From: Octopus sinensis
Lineage: Eukaryota
DNA: 64,000 nucleotides
Direction: 5' to 3'
Assembly (NCBI RefSeq): GCF_006345805.1
Contig: NC_043007.1
Location: 30,132,001 to 30,196,000, forward strand
Each line of letters opens with the position of its first letter. Positions within the stretch are counted from its first letter, which is position 1. Below the pieces are notes generated by a model that ran no database searches, had not been told where the DNA came from, and was given only the letters and a program-made list of their open reading frames with translations. The translations under genes were made by a program, and so were the position numbers. Of the stretch, positions 45,421-59,657 are shown piece by piece.

Positions 45421-45774
45421 ATTTATAGATATGTTTTATATACAAAACAGAGTGTATGATACTTTTGGAAGGTAACATAAATAAAACTCTCTATTGATTA
45501 TGAATTAATTAGGAGACACACCTGTAATTAATCGATACTGGTGTATCTTAATTGAAGATATTATGGAACCTCATTAAAAGAATGAACCGATCAATATTGA
45601 TGAATCGGCAGGTTCTTGTTACTGTTGTTTTTCTCATGTTGTGCTCCTTCTTACTACATGTGCCATTGTGTGTGTGTGTGTGTGTGTGTGTCTAGCCACA
45701 GCTAAGTCCTCATCCAACGCACCGATTGTCAAAGGCGTTCCTGAAGTGACCTCTTTAAATCCTTCTCAGTAAAT

Positions 45775-45784
45775 CATCATCATC

Positions 45785-45821
<37 letters not shown>

Positions 45822-45823
45822 CC

Positions 45824-45874
<51 letters not shown>

Positions 45875-45894
45875 TCATCATCATCATCATCACC

Positions 45895-45956
<62 letters not shown>

Positions 45957-46008
45957 TATCATCATCATCTTCTTCTTCTTCTTCTTCTTCTTCTTCTTCT
46001 TTCTTCTT
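45775..46008. repeat. Compound (CAT)n/(CAC)n/(CTT)n trinucleotide microsatellite
   Basis: Direct observation. Confidence 0.97.
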
Positions 46009-46425
46009 CAAAGCACCCTGCCCTTTAAAAGAGTAATCCCCATCTCGCTAAACCGCACCCTACCGGTCAACAAGCAGTGCCCATACACTATGTATGTGCT
46101 GGAGAATACTTACAACGCTATCGTGGCTTCCAGTTCATATTTGGATTTACTTTTACGGATGCACCGTCGCGTCACACCAGCAAATCGTTTTTGCACTATT
46201 TCTGTATAGTCATAAACTAGAATCGCCTCCGACTCGTTTAGATTAGTTGATGCTAATAACCCCCAAACATGGTGAAACATCGATGCGCATTTCTCTTGAA
46301 TGGGATTAAGAGTGAGTTGTCTTGCTTGTCTATGAATTTCAAGTGTTTCAACACCCGGCACTTTGAGGGAGCCATTACCACCGCTCAAACCAACACCGGG
46401 TGTCAGACACGAAGACACGCACACA

Positions 46426-46470
<45 letters not shown>

Positions 46471-46480
46471 TATATATATA

Positions 46481-47271
46481 TGATGGGCTTCTTTCAATTT
46501 CGGCCCCTAAATCCACTGACAAAGGTTCGGTCGGCCCAAGGCTATAATAGAAGACACTTGCTCAAGGTTAGACTCACTAGAATTGAACCCGGAATCATGT
46601 GGTTGGGGAGTAAAAAATTTTATTACACAGCCACATAGATACACACACACACCACACACACACACCACACACACACGCATTTCATTCTTTCCCTTTGGAA
46701 TTTCCTGTTTTTCCTGTTTCCGAAGAAGAGCTGTGCTCGAACATAAAATAACTACTCTCTTCTTTCTCTGAGCGTCATATTAATACAATACTTGTGCTTC
46801 GTAACACGTTTGCTTGCTGTTTTGCTTCTTTCTTTTTCTCTACTTCTCTTTTGAATTTACCATATATATATATATATTATATATATATATATATGATGGG
46901 CTTCTTTCAATTCCGGCCCCTAAATCCACTGACAAAGGTTCGGTCGGCCCAAGGCTATAATAGAAGACACTTGCTCAAGGTTAGACTCACTAGAATTGAA
47001 CCCGGAATCATGTGGTTGGGGAGTAAAAAATTTTATTACACAGCCACATAGATACACACACACACACACACACCACACACACACACGCATTTCATTCTTT
47101 CCCTTTGGAATTTCCTGTTTTTCCTGTTTCCGAAGAAGAGCTGTGCTCGAAACATAAAATAACTACTCTCTTCTTTCTCTGAGCGTCATATTAATACAAT
47201 ACTTGTGCTTCGTAAACACGTTTGCTTGCTGTTTTGCTTCTTTCTTTTTCTCTACTTCTCTTTTGAATTTA

Positions 47272-47275
<4 letters not shown>
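46481..47275 (+). repeat. Near-perfect tandem duplication, unit about 410 bp, bounded by (TA)n
   Basis: Unit 1 starts at 46481 and unit 2 at 46894. By eye they differ by one substitution, two single-A indels and microsatellite lengths. Confidence 0.95.
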
Positions 47276-47316
<41 letters not shown>

Positions 47317-47352
47317 TACATGCATACACACATATTTGTATGCATATGTATG

Positions 47353-47386
<34 letters not shown>

Positions 47387-47785
47387 TAGAGTATCTGAAA
47401 AGTAGTGTATAAATATATGTTTTCTTCGCCCCATTAATTCATTAAACCAGATTTAACAACATGAGATGCTTAAGTATGATATCACAGCAATAAAATATCG
47501 TACTTTATTTCAATGTTACCAATTATCTAGAAGCAAACTATATTTCATAGTAACTCCTCCCTTCATCAAATCCGCCTCATCTCCATCCGTTTTATCGAAC
47601 TTATTACTACAAAACTGTCCACAACTGCCGTATTTTGATAACTGTTTGAAGTTGCTGTGACCGTCAAATTTGGAATGGATAGTCTCAGTCAGACTCTTTA
47701 TGCGTAATAAATGTGACTCGCCTATCATTATTGAGTCTTTCCATAAGCAAATGTTTATTGTTATTTGTAACTTATCATCAAACGC

Positions 47786-47853
<68 letters not shown>

Positions 47854-47993
47854 CACACACACACACGCACGCACGCACGCACGCACGCACACACACCACT
47901 TAAAAACAGGCGAACACCAACTGAATAAAAGTGTCAGAACAAGTGTAGAATAGCAAAGTTAACAATAACAACAAAAACAATAACAACAACAAC

Positions 47994-48045
<52 letters not shown>

Positions 48046-48047
48046 TT

Positions 48048-48540
48048 GTAAAGATAAGCTACTCATCAATAAGATGATCTTAGAAGATTGTCACAAACGA
48101 CAGAAAAACTTGTCAATAGCCTGAATAGACTATAAAAAAGCTTTTGGTAGCCTACCATATAGCTGGATTAAGAAATGCCTGGAATTGTATAAAATAGCGC
48201 CTAATCTGCGAAACACTTTGTCTGTAAGTATGAGATCATGGAGAATCACACTAACTTTGAACAGTGACAATGAATCTCTTAATAGTGGAGATGTAAGAAT
48301 TTCATGTGATATTTTCCAGGGTGATTCACTATCACCACTCCTCTTTTGTCTAGCTTTAATACCTTTCTCAAAATTGCTCAATGAGGCACAGTACGGTTAT
48401 AAAATGTTTGTTAAAAATATAAATCGTCTCATTTACATGGATGGTTTAAAGCTCTTTGCAACAAATGACCAACAGCTACAGGGCTAACTAGCGATTGTTA
48501 AACAATTTAGTGATGATATCAAGATGCAATTTGGCCTCGA
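48048..48540 (+). mobile_element. R4/Dong-like RT core fragment, same family as 14935-16681
   Basis: CKDKLLINKMILED...IDYKKAF...IFQGDSLSPLLFCLAL...IYMDGLKLFA...AIVKQFSDDIKMQFGLD. The last ~75 bp overlap the first bases of the 14935 copy. It begins directly after a (TAA)n array. Confidence 0.88.
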
Positions 48541-49134
48541 TGCGTAAATTTGTTTGTTACCTGTTCAATTTTCGGTGACTCGTGAGTCTATCTTCGTTTC
48601 GATTTTCTTCGTTAGTTTTCCCAGGTGGGATTTCACTCTCCCCTTTTCACCTATTTTTGTTCTTTAAAACCGTGTAATTTTATTTTTTTGTAATTGTCCT
48701 CTTTCTTCTTTCTACGTTTACTCTGACTGTAGGTTTCCAGCTGCAGTTATTATTTCTTCCTCATGTCTCGATGAAATCATGATATTGCAGATTAGCCCCG
48801 TTAAGGGACGAAGTATTTGCCCATCTATTTCTAGCAGTGAGCACAACGCTATTCCGCTTGCTATCCCCAAACTTTTGGCTGGCAGTGCTTTGGAAACACA
48901 AACAATACGATACAATATACACGGTACAACACACATTCTACACTCGCCATTTTTATACGTAAGTTGTCCATAGAAAAACTCACAGGCAAAAGAGACTACG
49001 ACGCGATTTGACCGCAGAATTTAAATGATTGCAACTCAGCACCACAAATCATTAAGTTCTTTGCTCTATGAGTTCATCATCTTACCACTCCACTCATGAC
49101 CCTTCTAATAGTAATAATTTCTATGATAATTTCA

Positions 49135-49366
49135 TTTCTTTATTCCCCACAAGGGGCTAAACACAGAGGGTTACAAACAAGGACAGACAAACAGATTAAG
49201 TTGATTATATCGACCCCAGTGCGTAACTGGTACTTAATTTATCGACCCCGAAAGGATGAAAGGCAAAGTCGACCTCGGCGGAATTTGAACTCAGAACGTA
49301 ACGGCAGACGAAATACGGATACGCATTTCGCCCGGCGTGCTAACGTTTCTGCCAGCTCGCCACCTT
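49135..49366 (-). mobile_element. tRNA-headed SINE family C (GAGTTCAAATTCC B box; GCCTTTCATCCTTTCGGGGTCGATAAA domain); representative copy
   Basis: Approximate other copies: 4555-4775(-), 9790-10005(-), 16705-16920(-), 18185-18545(+, tandem), 18600-18750(-), 23195-23320(+), 23590-23900(+), 28720-28880(+), 38516-38719(-), 43930-44092(-), 52381-52525(+), 52670-52910(-). The central domain resembles the Deu/Nin domain (from memory). Confidence 0.88.
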
Positions 49367-50048
49367 AATAATTACTATGATAATTCTACCACAAGCACAA
49401 CACGACAAAATCAATCCCATTGGCACCAGTAATTAACTGATATCTAAGCAATCGACGCCATTTATAATTGTTCTGGTCCGGCATATCATTCCGAAGAGCA
49501 TAAAGATTTCCTGTCCTGGCTTTCTTTTCTATTTTATTGTTATCGTAAATGACTTTCTAAAGCATCGTTGAAATGTGCAGATTATGTACAATCAATTATA
49601 TTTGATTTATATATTAAAAGTTTCTAAATTTTACAACTTTAACACAACCTGACATTTAATTCAAATCTCGATAAATCATTGAATATTTCTTTTTATATTT
49701 TTAAAAATATTTCTTCGAAAACTATCAAAAGTGTTATTAATTATATTTCCGAACGTCCCTAGACCCATATGTATATTTATCGATATACATACATACATTC
49801 TTATGTATACAAACGTACAAATATACACACACTTATATGTATATATGTATGTATATATGTAAGAACATATAATATGATATATATATATATATATATATAT
49901 ATTATGATTATATATTTGCGTCCAAAACCAACATGTACGAATCAATGGTATTTACAGTTTCACAATTTATCTTATTTCCTAACAAAAGAAAGTAAGAGCA
50001 TTTTTCATCTTATTCAGTAAATACACACACATATGCAGAGAGACATGT

Positions 50049-50118
<70 letters not shown>

Positions 50119-50456
50119 GCATATATACGGTGTGTATCTTAACATGGTGTGTATCTTAGCATTTACTGTTCGTATTTTATGCGCTTTTAAACGATTTTGT
50201 ATGATTTCCCGATTCCAATATGTGGCGGACAAACGTAAAGTCGTGTAAAATGACTGAACGTAAATTTCTATTTTTCCATATATAATTTTTGAAAACCGAC
50301 GTATAACCGAGAATGACTTAAATCGATACAACGTAAGCTGACGTATGACTCTGTAATATATATATATATATATACACATATAGATATATTTCATAGCTAG
50401 CGGAACCTCGGAAGTAGTAATTATGTTCAAGATACGCGCGCACACACACAGATACA

Positions 50457-50507
<51 letters not shown>

Positions 50508-50510
50508 ATA

Positions 50511-50558
<48 letters not shown>

Positions 50559-50899
50559 GAGGCAAACGTAAGGTTCTCTGATTGGTATAGAATTACAAGT
50601 ATTCCTAAGGCAAGATCCGATGTATCCCCCTGTTAATATGGCGTGTTTGCACCGAGTGATACACAATGAAAGCACATAGATGATTAAGTTTACACATATC
50701 CATATACATACATTCGTACATACATACGCACACACACACACGTACACACCCACGCAAACACCGACATATACACACACACGCATACACACATACACACACG
50801 CACACACACACACACACGCACATATATGATTTTCTTTTGCACATATGTATATATTGACATGTATGACGCCAGGTAGGATATGGCAATACGACTTTGAAA

Positions 50900-51090
50900 T
50901 CCCAGAAAACCTGTGGCAATACACTTTACTTCATTTGTTCCGTTGGAAACCGCAAGATGTGAGGATTCTTTAATGAGTTTGCAATAATGTGACTGAAGGC
51001 AATTCAATAGATTCGTTAGTTCCAGAGAGATGTCATCTGCATAATTTATGAAACAGAAGCCAAATACCACTTGGGTTGGTCGAGCTCTCA
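50900..51090 (-). mobile_element. Possible LINE RT fragment
   Basis: FINYADDISL (YADD motif); downstream conservation is weak. Confidence 0.3.
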
Positions 51091-51199
51091 AAGCGGGAAG
51101 GACAAGAAATCAGAAAGTTTAAGATCACCATCTTTAATATTCTTAAGGCCATAACCATATCACAGGGAGTTTCCCGTCCAATTTAATAAGCTTATTACT

Positions 51200-51560
51200 T
51201 AAACATACATACATACATACATACATACATACATACATACATACATACATACATACATTGTGGTTGTCTACTCATACAGTGTTTGACCACCTCCTGTACC
51301 TACACCTTAGATCCATCATGGCATCTGATGTGGCTCTTTAAAGCAGACAATGTTCTGGAAAGACACCCACATAGATTGGATATCTGATTTGGACCACCAA
51401 GAGCTGCAGATAAGTTCTGATCTTTGTGGATCTTAAAATGTCTTTTGAGGCCTTTAGATTTGCTAACCTTCTGGCATACATTGCATTCAAAGGTGTGCAC
51501 AGACATATCGACAGAATAGTTGGTGGAGGTTCGTTTTCCATGCGTTCGCAGATGACAATG
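51200..51560 (-). mobile_element. RTE-like LINE 3' end with two C2H2 fingers and a (TGTA)n tail
   Basis: FECNVCQKVSKSKGLKRHFKIH...NLCGCLSRTLSALKSHIRCH, then a stop, short UTR and tandem tail. A ZNF pseudo-exon is the less likely alternative. Confidence 0.55.
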
Positions 51561-53597
51561 GTGTCCGCTGAAAAAATTAAAATTCTTATCTCTTCCGTTC
51601 TGATGTAGTAGTTGACATATTTGATGATAGAAGGGGTAGGGCTGAAATTCCGAAAATAATTCAAGAAAATCGAATTATCAGCGAGCCGTTTGTACTTTCA
51701 TTGCTTATACTTCACATTATCAGAAACAGCGGGTGAAACAGCGAGTGGTTAGACACTGCGTATCCAGACTGCGTGGGAATATGAGATGACGTTGCCCACT
51801 AAGACTGGTAACTGCAATCTGTTTGGCAAAATACAAATACAAAAATATTGAGAGAATGAAAAAATGAAGTTGCTTCAGAGGGGCCCCTCTGGGATTAGGG
51901 ACCCTGAAGCTTAAACTTCATTAGTTTTATAGTAGATCCGCCACTGCTCATTTACATACGCACGCATGTATATCTTTACCATTATGAGAAAATTATACGA
52001 ACCAACAAGAAACAGCAGTTAATCTCCCTCATTCCAAACCTTACTATATTCTTCCTGGAAAACAAATGGGCGGTCATGATTGCAATGCCTTTGAGGAAAA
52101 AGTCTGTATATATCGTTTGTACAACTGAAGATTGCACAGGGAAACAAACTTAGCGATCATTTTGTTAATCCCAGAATATATTGGTCAAAGAATTTTGAGG
52201 GTCATCGTGAAAGACATTGGAGTTGAAGATAACGGTTGGTTCATTGTATCTTTCGGGATCCAATATGGTCCAGGGGTCAGCAGTACAGTGACTTTTGGTG
52301 ATATGTGACTGGATGAGGTGAAGAACATGAAACGACTGTACCTCGAAGACGGTGAAGTGAGAAAAGCTTTAAAAAGGAATAAAGGCGGCGAGGAGCTGGC
52401 AGAAACGTTAGCACGCCGGGCGAAATGCTTTCGACGGACGAAATGCGTAACGTCTGCCATTACGTTCTGAGTTCAAATTCCACCGAGGTCTACTTTGCCT
52501 TTCATCCTTTCGGGGTTGATAAATTGTTTCGAGCTGAGGTCCAAGAACGTAGCGAGAAGTTCAGCCCCTACTAATCTTGATAATGAAGAAAAGATGAAAT
52601 AAAAACAGGAAGATTCTGGATAATGCAGATAGAGCAGAGACGAAAAAGATATAAAAAAAAGAACTCCTACAATATGTTTCTTTACTACCCACAAGGGGCT
52701 AAACATAGAGGAGACAAACAAGGACAGACAGACGGATTAAGTCGATTACATCGACCCCAGTGCGTAACTGATACTTAATTTATCGACCCCGAAAGGGTGA
52801 AAGGCAAAGTCGACCTCGGCGGAATTTGAACTCAGAACGTAACGGCAGACGACATACGGCTACGTATTTCGACCGGCGTGCAAACGATTCTGCCAGCTCG
52901 CCGCCTTAAAAACTCCCATAATAATAATAATAGAAACCTTCCCTACAAAAGAAAATATTCTAAGGGAAGAAAAAGAAAAAGCGCAGTGGGGGAACCTTCG
53001 CATCAACATCTCCATCACATTCTTCTTCATAACTCTTCACTCAACAAACGAGAAATTTATGGAAGACGTATTTTCAGACAAAATTCGGATTGAATAAAGG
53101 ACGGGCTCCAATTACGTGAAGGATGGCAAAGATGGACAATGCCACAGGCAACGTGATAGGAATCATTTTCTGACTTGGAATCTCTCTTGGCTGCTCCAAC
53201 CTTCAAATTACTCTCGAGGAATTTTGGGACGGAATTTTATGTGGACAACTGGGTTAGAAACAAGATGGCCGAGAAGTTATTATCAGCCTTTTCGGGAATC
53301 CTAATCTGACCCGGGTGCACGTTTCTCATCCGTGTGTCGTTGGGTTACCCTCTCTCTTTTTTTGATTATATCTTTTGAAAATCATGTCTGTGTTTTGCAT
53401 TTTCATTTTAATTATTTTATGTAATTATTGTGTGTAATATTAAAAAAAATAATAATTCAATACTTCCTGCTGTATCATCCACCTCGCTAATGTCCGAAAC
53501 ATAATTATGCTTGTATTCCCACTCGCTGATGTAATTATTTTTCATTCGTTTATCGTACATACGAATGGGCCCTGGTGGCAAAGAAATGAAATTGTTT

Positions 53598-54020
<423 letters not shown>

Positions 54021-54246
54021 GATGGGCGGGAAAATTCATTCTAGCATGGAAAACGGACGCAAAATGATGTACAATTTGCACGGCATGGTGGGTTGATATT
54101 ATTTTTAAATGATTGTCTTACAGGTTATTTTTGTCTCCGATTGTCGGTGTTTACACACACACGCACGCGCACACACACACACACCTATATATAATTATAT
54201 ATATATATACAAATACACATGTATATACACCCACTCACACACACAA

Positions 54247-54323
<77 letters not shown>

Positions 54324-55309
54324 TGTATATCGATAGATAAATATAGATACATAGGCATACAGAAATATAAATACGCACACGCCCACCCACTTAGACACAT
54401 ATAAACACACTCACAAAAGCATACACACACACATGCGCATAGCGATAATGTTTTTGAATTTTAAATTAAGGAATGGTTTGAAACATTAATTGTAAGATTA
54501 AAAAGAGTTTTAGGGTAAATGGCTATTAGACTGAATTAAAATAGATCAATTTGTTTTTAAACTGCCTTATTGATCATCTGAAATTTTCAATATTTATTTA
54601 TTTTTTTATTTAAATTATTGATCGATTTCTTAATCTGATTGGAAGATGTCACGCTAGATTTTATCTCGTTCCTCCTCAAAACCAGTCGAAAGCCTGGAAT
54701 GGGATCTTTAGGCGGTCACCTCTGGAGCAAGAAACAACAGCCAAATCTAGCTAAAGCACACCGCCGTCTCAGATAAGAAGAGCACAGCACACTAATGTCT
54801 TTATAGATACCGAAAAAAAAAAGACGGGATGGTCACAGTTGGAGTGCTTATTATGCTTATCTATGCTACTTATTGACGTTTCAGCATGGTGGTTTGACCT
54901 GCGAGACATAACAGTTAAATAGTCCTCAAATTGAATTGTTTCTATAATAAAACAGAAAGTGTAATTGTAGATACACCGACAAGATGGAACGGTCACGGTT
55001 GGAATGTTTTTGATTTGACGTTGATTAGAGTGAATCAAAAAGGAAACTCCAGCCGACGAGAGGTCTTCTACATGGTTGCTTGATCTTCTAGAAACAGTAG
55101 CCAAATTTCCTCCAAATTACACCTTACACTTGCAGAGAAAAGCATGAACACAGAGGATGATATAGTCTAATAAGATGGGATGGATATGGCTGGAACGCTT
55201 TTGATCATAGACCTGTTCAGCCAGAGCTGACCTGGAACTTAACGATGACGACAAATTATTATATTTATAAGCACAATTCAGAGATGCCAACCGCATCGGT
55301 GCCATGTTA

Positions 55310-55700
55310 TGGATGCTGGGTGGAATGTACCCTGGGGAGACTGACTTGACACTTCTCAGAAGCTGAAGAAAACGAAATATTAGAAGCTGGTCGACGAGGT
55401 CCTTGTCAGGAGACGGTATACGTCTCATTCCCAACTGAAATTGGCTACCGCGGTTTTCCGGCTGGGTCGGTGCATTGTTTCCTGCAGAAGATTAGTATGG
55501 AACCCAGAAAACTGAAGAAAGTTACCAACGAGATAAGCATGGCTGATGAAGCAAGCTCAAAGTGACTATGATTAACAAGAGACCCCAGGTGGAATTCTTC
55601 CACAACCGAAGACTAATCCAGTCCCCGCTGACCCTTTCAGGTAAAGTGTACAAATTAAGGGCCGAAACGCTTGTGACCCTGAGATACCTGCTGATGGCAT
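55310..55700 (+). mobile_element. HERO-like (RLE-type) non-LTR retrotransposon 3' fragment
   Basis: KLKKTKY.KLVDE...FPTEIGYRGFPAGSV...KLKKVTNEISMADEASSK*L*LTRD (WLW decayed to TGA CTA TGA), followed by a GGCCGAAAC..GTGACCC..CTGATG UTR. Confidence 0.65.
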
Positions 55701-58700
55701 GGAAGGGTTTTCAACATTGCAACGGATTATTTAGAACATCTTACAGTAGCACTGAGCAGCGCCTGCAGTTTCTGCATGTGGCAAAGCATCTCTGATATGT
55801 ATTGCATATAACCGAATACTATGCATTTGAATTCATTCGTGTCGTTGCATTTCTGATAATCACTCAATCTGTTATTTCCTTACGAAGACTTCCATTTGCT
55901 TTTATCAAGATTACGAAGCATTGTTGTTGTTGTTGTTTAGTCCAGAGTCAGTGGTGGTCGAGAGGACCAATAATTAAAAGCGTTCTGCAGGTGACCCACT
56001 CGTGTTTTTTTTTCATGTAATTTCACGAGCAGGCTGTTCCGTTGACAGAATCAGCTGGGACACTCGTCGTTGTAACCGACGGAATATCAGTTTTTAATAT
56101 GTCCCTCAGACATTGCTTATGTAGGACAGTGATGTCGAACCATTCAGTCATATGCTAGCAGTGACATACGAGAGCTTTTCAGGAGTCACAACTGACTTCT
56201 GGAAAAATCTTCCAGCAATAACATACTATAAAACTATAATCTATAAATCTTAATCTAAAGCTAAAATACACGTTTCAGCGGCATTGGCAGAGCAATAACA
56301 GGACTTTCAAAGAATTTAAAATTGTGATTCGTAGGGCTAAAATCATTCGCCATCACTGATATCTTATCGAAAATGTCCTTCTTTATTAGATACTGTGTAG
56401 TCCAATTTGAAGAAGATTTGGCTGCTATTTCTACCAGGTTATGCGACCATATATAAGCTTCTCCTTCTGATGTCACCGAAACTGAAGGCGTCCCAGTTCG
56501 TTCGAAATTCGTCAATAAGCCTGGCAAGTCTTCACTCGGCAAGGCTTAACCCCGAATAAACTTGTCCTGTTTTTTCCTCTTTAGTAACGCCAGATTAAGA
56601 TTACAAGTGGGAGGTGTTATTGGTCTCAGCTGAGCATTGTTTCATAAAATAACAGTGACAGACCCATTTGTTATTCTTGAAGTTGTTTTGCCGCAAGGGA
56701 TCAATAATCGATCCGATTGATTATCAAAGCTGTTCGAACCACGACTAAACCATCTTTTATTTTTCACACATCGTTTTTCCACGACAACGTTTCCAAAGAA
56801 TGTGTCGTTCGGTTTTGTAAGATATTTATTTTATTTATGCGACACTGTGGATAATTGTCAAGTTAAAAGATTTGCTATTCTTTTGAGTTCAATCCCACCG
56901 TGGGGCACACCATGTAAGTTCCGTCCAGCGTTGCCTTTAGTCAATTAAAAGCCCGTAAGTAAAATTTAGTAGACCCACGCAAGTCAAGTGGAGGTTCTGT
57001 TCCTGGTACCTTGTGGTATTTGTTCAGTCTTTCTGTTTTCTGATTTAAAATCCCATATCTAGGCATTTGTGCGGTGCTCTTAATTCGTCGCCCACTTTAA
57101 CACCACCTGGTCCCTAGCTGCCTTTGTTACAGACTTTTGGGGTCAGGTCTTCCGTTTAAGGAAATTCTCCTCACTCCCTTCCAAAGACTCGTCTCTCGTA
57201 TAGGCACTTCTTTTCCCCTTTAGGGTTAGCGTTATGGCTAGGTTCTCTTCTGATTTCAACATTAGAAGCAGATCATCCAATCTGTGGGGTATTATCTCTT
57301 CTTTTTCTGCCACCAACCTCAAGGAAGCTGGAAATGGCGACTGGCTCTGCCTTTCTTCCTATCACCAGACGATAAAACATAATCAACAAAGACATAAATG
57401 TACAACTCTCGTATTTCTTTCCAACACAACCGTGTGAATATATCGTTGAATATTTATAAAACATAGATTGTCCTGTAGTTATATTTAATGTCTGTATTTA
57501 ATGTCCACATTACATAAACGTAATTTAGTTTGTTCAAGGTGGACATGCCATGGATGGAGATAAAAGAGACAACACAGCATTGCTGTCTGTATTTGCTTTA
57601 TATTTGAATATTGATGTTTTCATACGGTTTACATTTTAATATATATTTTGATATAGTATACACCGTAATATACATCTTTATACAGTTTGCACCTAAATAT
57701 ATATTTTGATATAATTTACATCATAATATATTTAGTTTTGTTTATAATCTTTATCAGAAACACTTTATGTTTTCCGAGGAGGCCTCAGTGTAGCAATGCT
57801 TTCTCGGCAGCATCGAATACTTTCTCTCACCAGTTTCCTCTCCATCAATTTCACTGTTACATAAACTCACAACCTCTCACCATGCACGCTCTCATTCTCC
57901 TGACACTGCCAATAAATTTACATATAAACCACTGCTAATGTATACGTATAACGTACCCAAGTGTGTTTAATATACTGATTAAATTCAGACAATGTGATAA
58001 TTCTTGAATGATTATTTTATAGAGATTCTATTTTGCTAAGCATGTAATTATCTTTAATGGCCCAGACTGAACAGTGTATAACATGAACTGAAGTAAAAAT
58101 GTGTGCCATGATACAGTTTATAAGACCATGTTTAGAAATGTAATTGGAGAGCTTATCATTCGGATTACAGGAATATATTAGCTTTCACGAAGAAAGCAGA
58201 AACTGTAGAGAACGCAAGACTGAGGATCTTGCAGTATTCCTTTAAATTCTTTGTTCAAATTAAGCCCGATTCGATATTTGATTTTCTCTGGTAATGTTTA
58301 ACTGAAGCGGCGCATTACTAGACATGTGAGAGCGTCGGTTCATTGCGTTCTGAGTTCAAAGCTGCCGAGTCCTACTTTGCTAGATAATTTTTCGAGATCG
58401 ATAAATAAAGTACTAGTCTTAGGTATCGGACCATCGTAAGCACATCCGATGGGATGTTTTGCAATAATCGTTCATTTTCTTTATCTTCTGACTTCAAACC
58501 CCACCGTAACCTACTTGTGTGGTGCACCTATTTCGTTGCTCACTTTAGTACCATCCTTGGGCCTTGGTCACCTTTCTTATAAACATCCAGGCCAGGTCAC
58601 TCGTTTAAGGAGGCAATCTTCCCTACCAACAGTCGCAGAGGCCATATAAAGACTCATAAGATTTGTTCTTCTTCCTCTTGATGAAATAAGTTTCTTTACA

Positions 58701-59148
58701 GTCTGAGTTCGAATCCCACCTAATTCGGCTTTGTCTTTCGCATGCAGCATTGCCCCTGGAGGATTCTGAGAGCGATCTGAAGGAGAAAGAAGATGGCCCA
58801 GCAGTGGAAGTATGCAGAAGTATGTAGACGGAGCGTGGATTCCGAAGGAAGAACACTCAACGATCATCTGTTGATTTTTCAGGCTGCCACCCCACTGGTT
58901 CTAAGGCCACATTCCTAGTGCCCATCCCCCCACTCACCATCACAGACATAAACCATTTTCTGCAGCAAATTCAAAACAACAGTATTTCACAAATAAAACT
59001 TATCTTAATTAACCCTTTATTAATTTTTTTTTACATCCGTTACCCCGTTTTAGTCACCCCATTATCGTCCCATTTTTCTTCAACACCCCTCTGAAACTTT
59101 CCACCGTCCCCAGTAGGGCAGTGCTTAATCCTAACCCTAACCCCCTTT

Positions 59149-59272
59149 GTAATCTCCAGGGATACAGGCATCCAGCAACAGGACCTCCGTAATGCCATGA
59201 TGGACCGTGAAGTCTGGCGTAGCATGGTAAATTCCATTGTCTCGACCACGGTTGAACAATGATGATGATGAT
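59149..59272 (+). mobile_element. RTE-clade LINE extreme 3' end
   Basis: ISRDTGIQQQDLRNAMMDREVWRSMVNSIVSTTVEQ* followed by a (TGA)n tail. Confidence 0.7.
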
Positions 59273-59354
59273 TGATTTAGAATAATCTTGCCACTCAGAG
59301 CTAAAGGGAAGAGCTCTTAAGCATTGGTTCTAGGCACCCGACAGTCCACCCACC

Positions 59355-59602
59355 GAAGAATTTCTACATCAATACTTCATTTAGGAAGACATCCCATCCA
59401 AAAGGTATCAGGGTATGGGCAGCGCTTAGGTGTGGTTACCCAGTTGATCAGGGAAGCCTAAGAGAATGAAAGTGACCTGACAGTGTAGTGACAAGATCTT
59501 GCGAATGGCAAAAGATTCTTAACCATATGCTGGTTGAAGAAGCCCTGAACATGCTCCGTGTCTCAGAGAGGTTCAGAGATCTCATACTGGACAACAACAA
59601 CA

Positions 59603-59657
<55 letters not shown>

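Noticed and set aside
44427-45475. Long ORFs (MYVC.., HTYI..) up to 206 aa
   Set aside because: They are translations of the (TATG)n microsatellite. The same applies to the YIYI, CVCV, poly-L/Y, poly-E/D/M and THTH ORFs across the window.
55655-55700. GGCCGAAAC...CTGATGG in the HERO-like 3' UTR as a permuted hammerhead
   Set aside because: The core reads CUGAUGG, the triplet is GUG, and stems I and II do not pair.
59129-59145. CCTAACCCTAACCC telomere-like motif (also TTAGGGTTAGCG near 57221)
   Set aside because: Only about two units, which is expected by chance or from decay.
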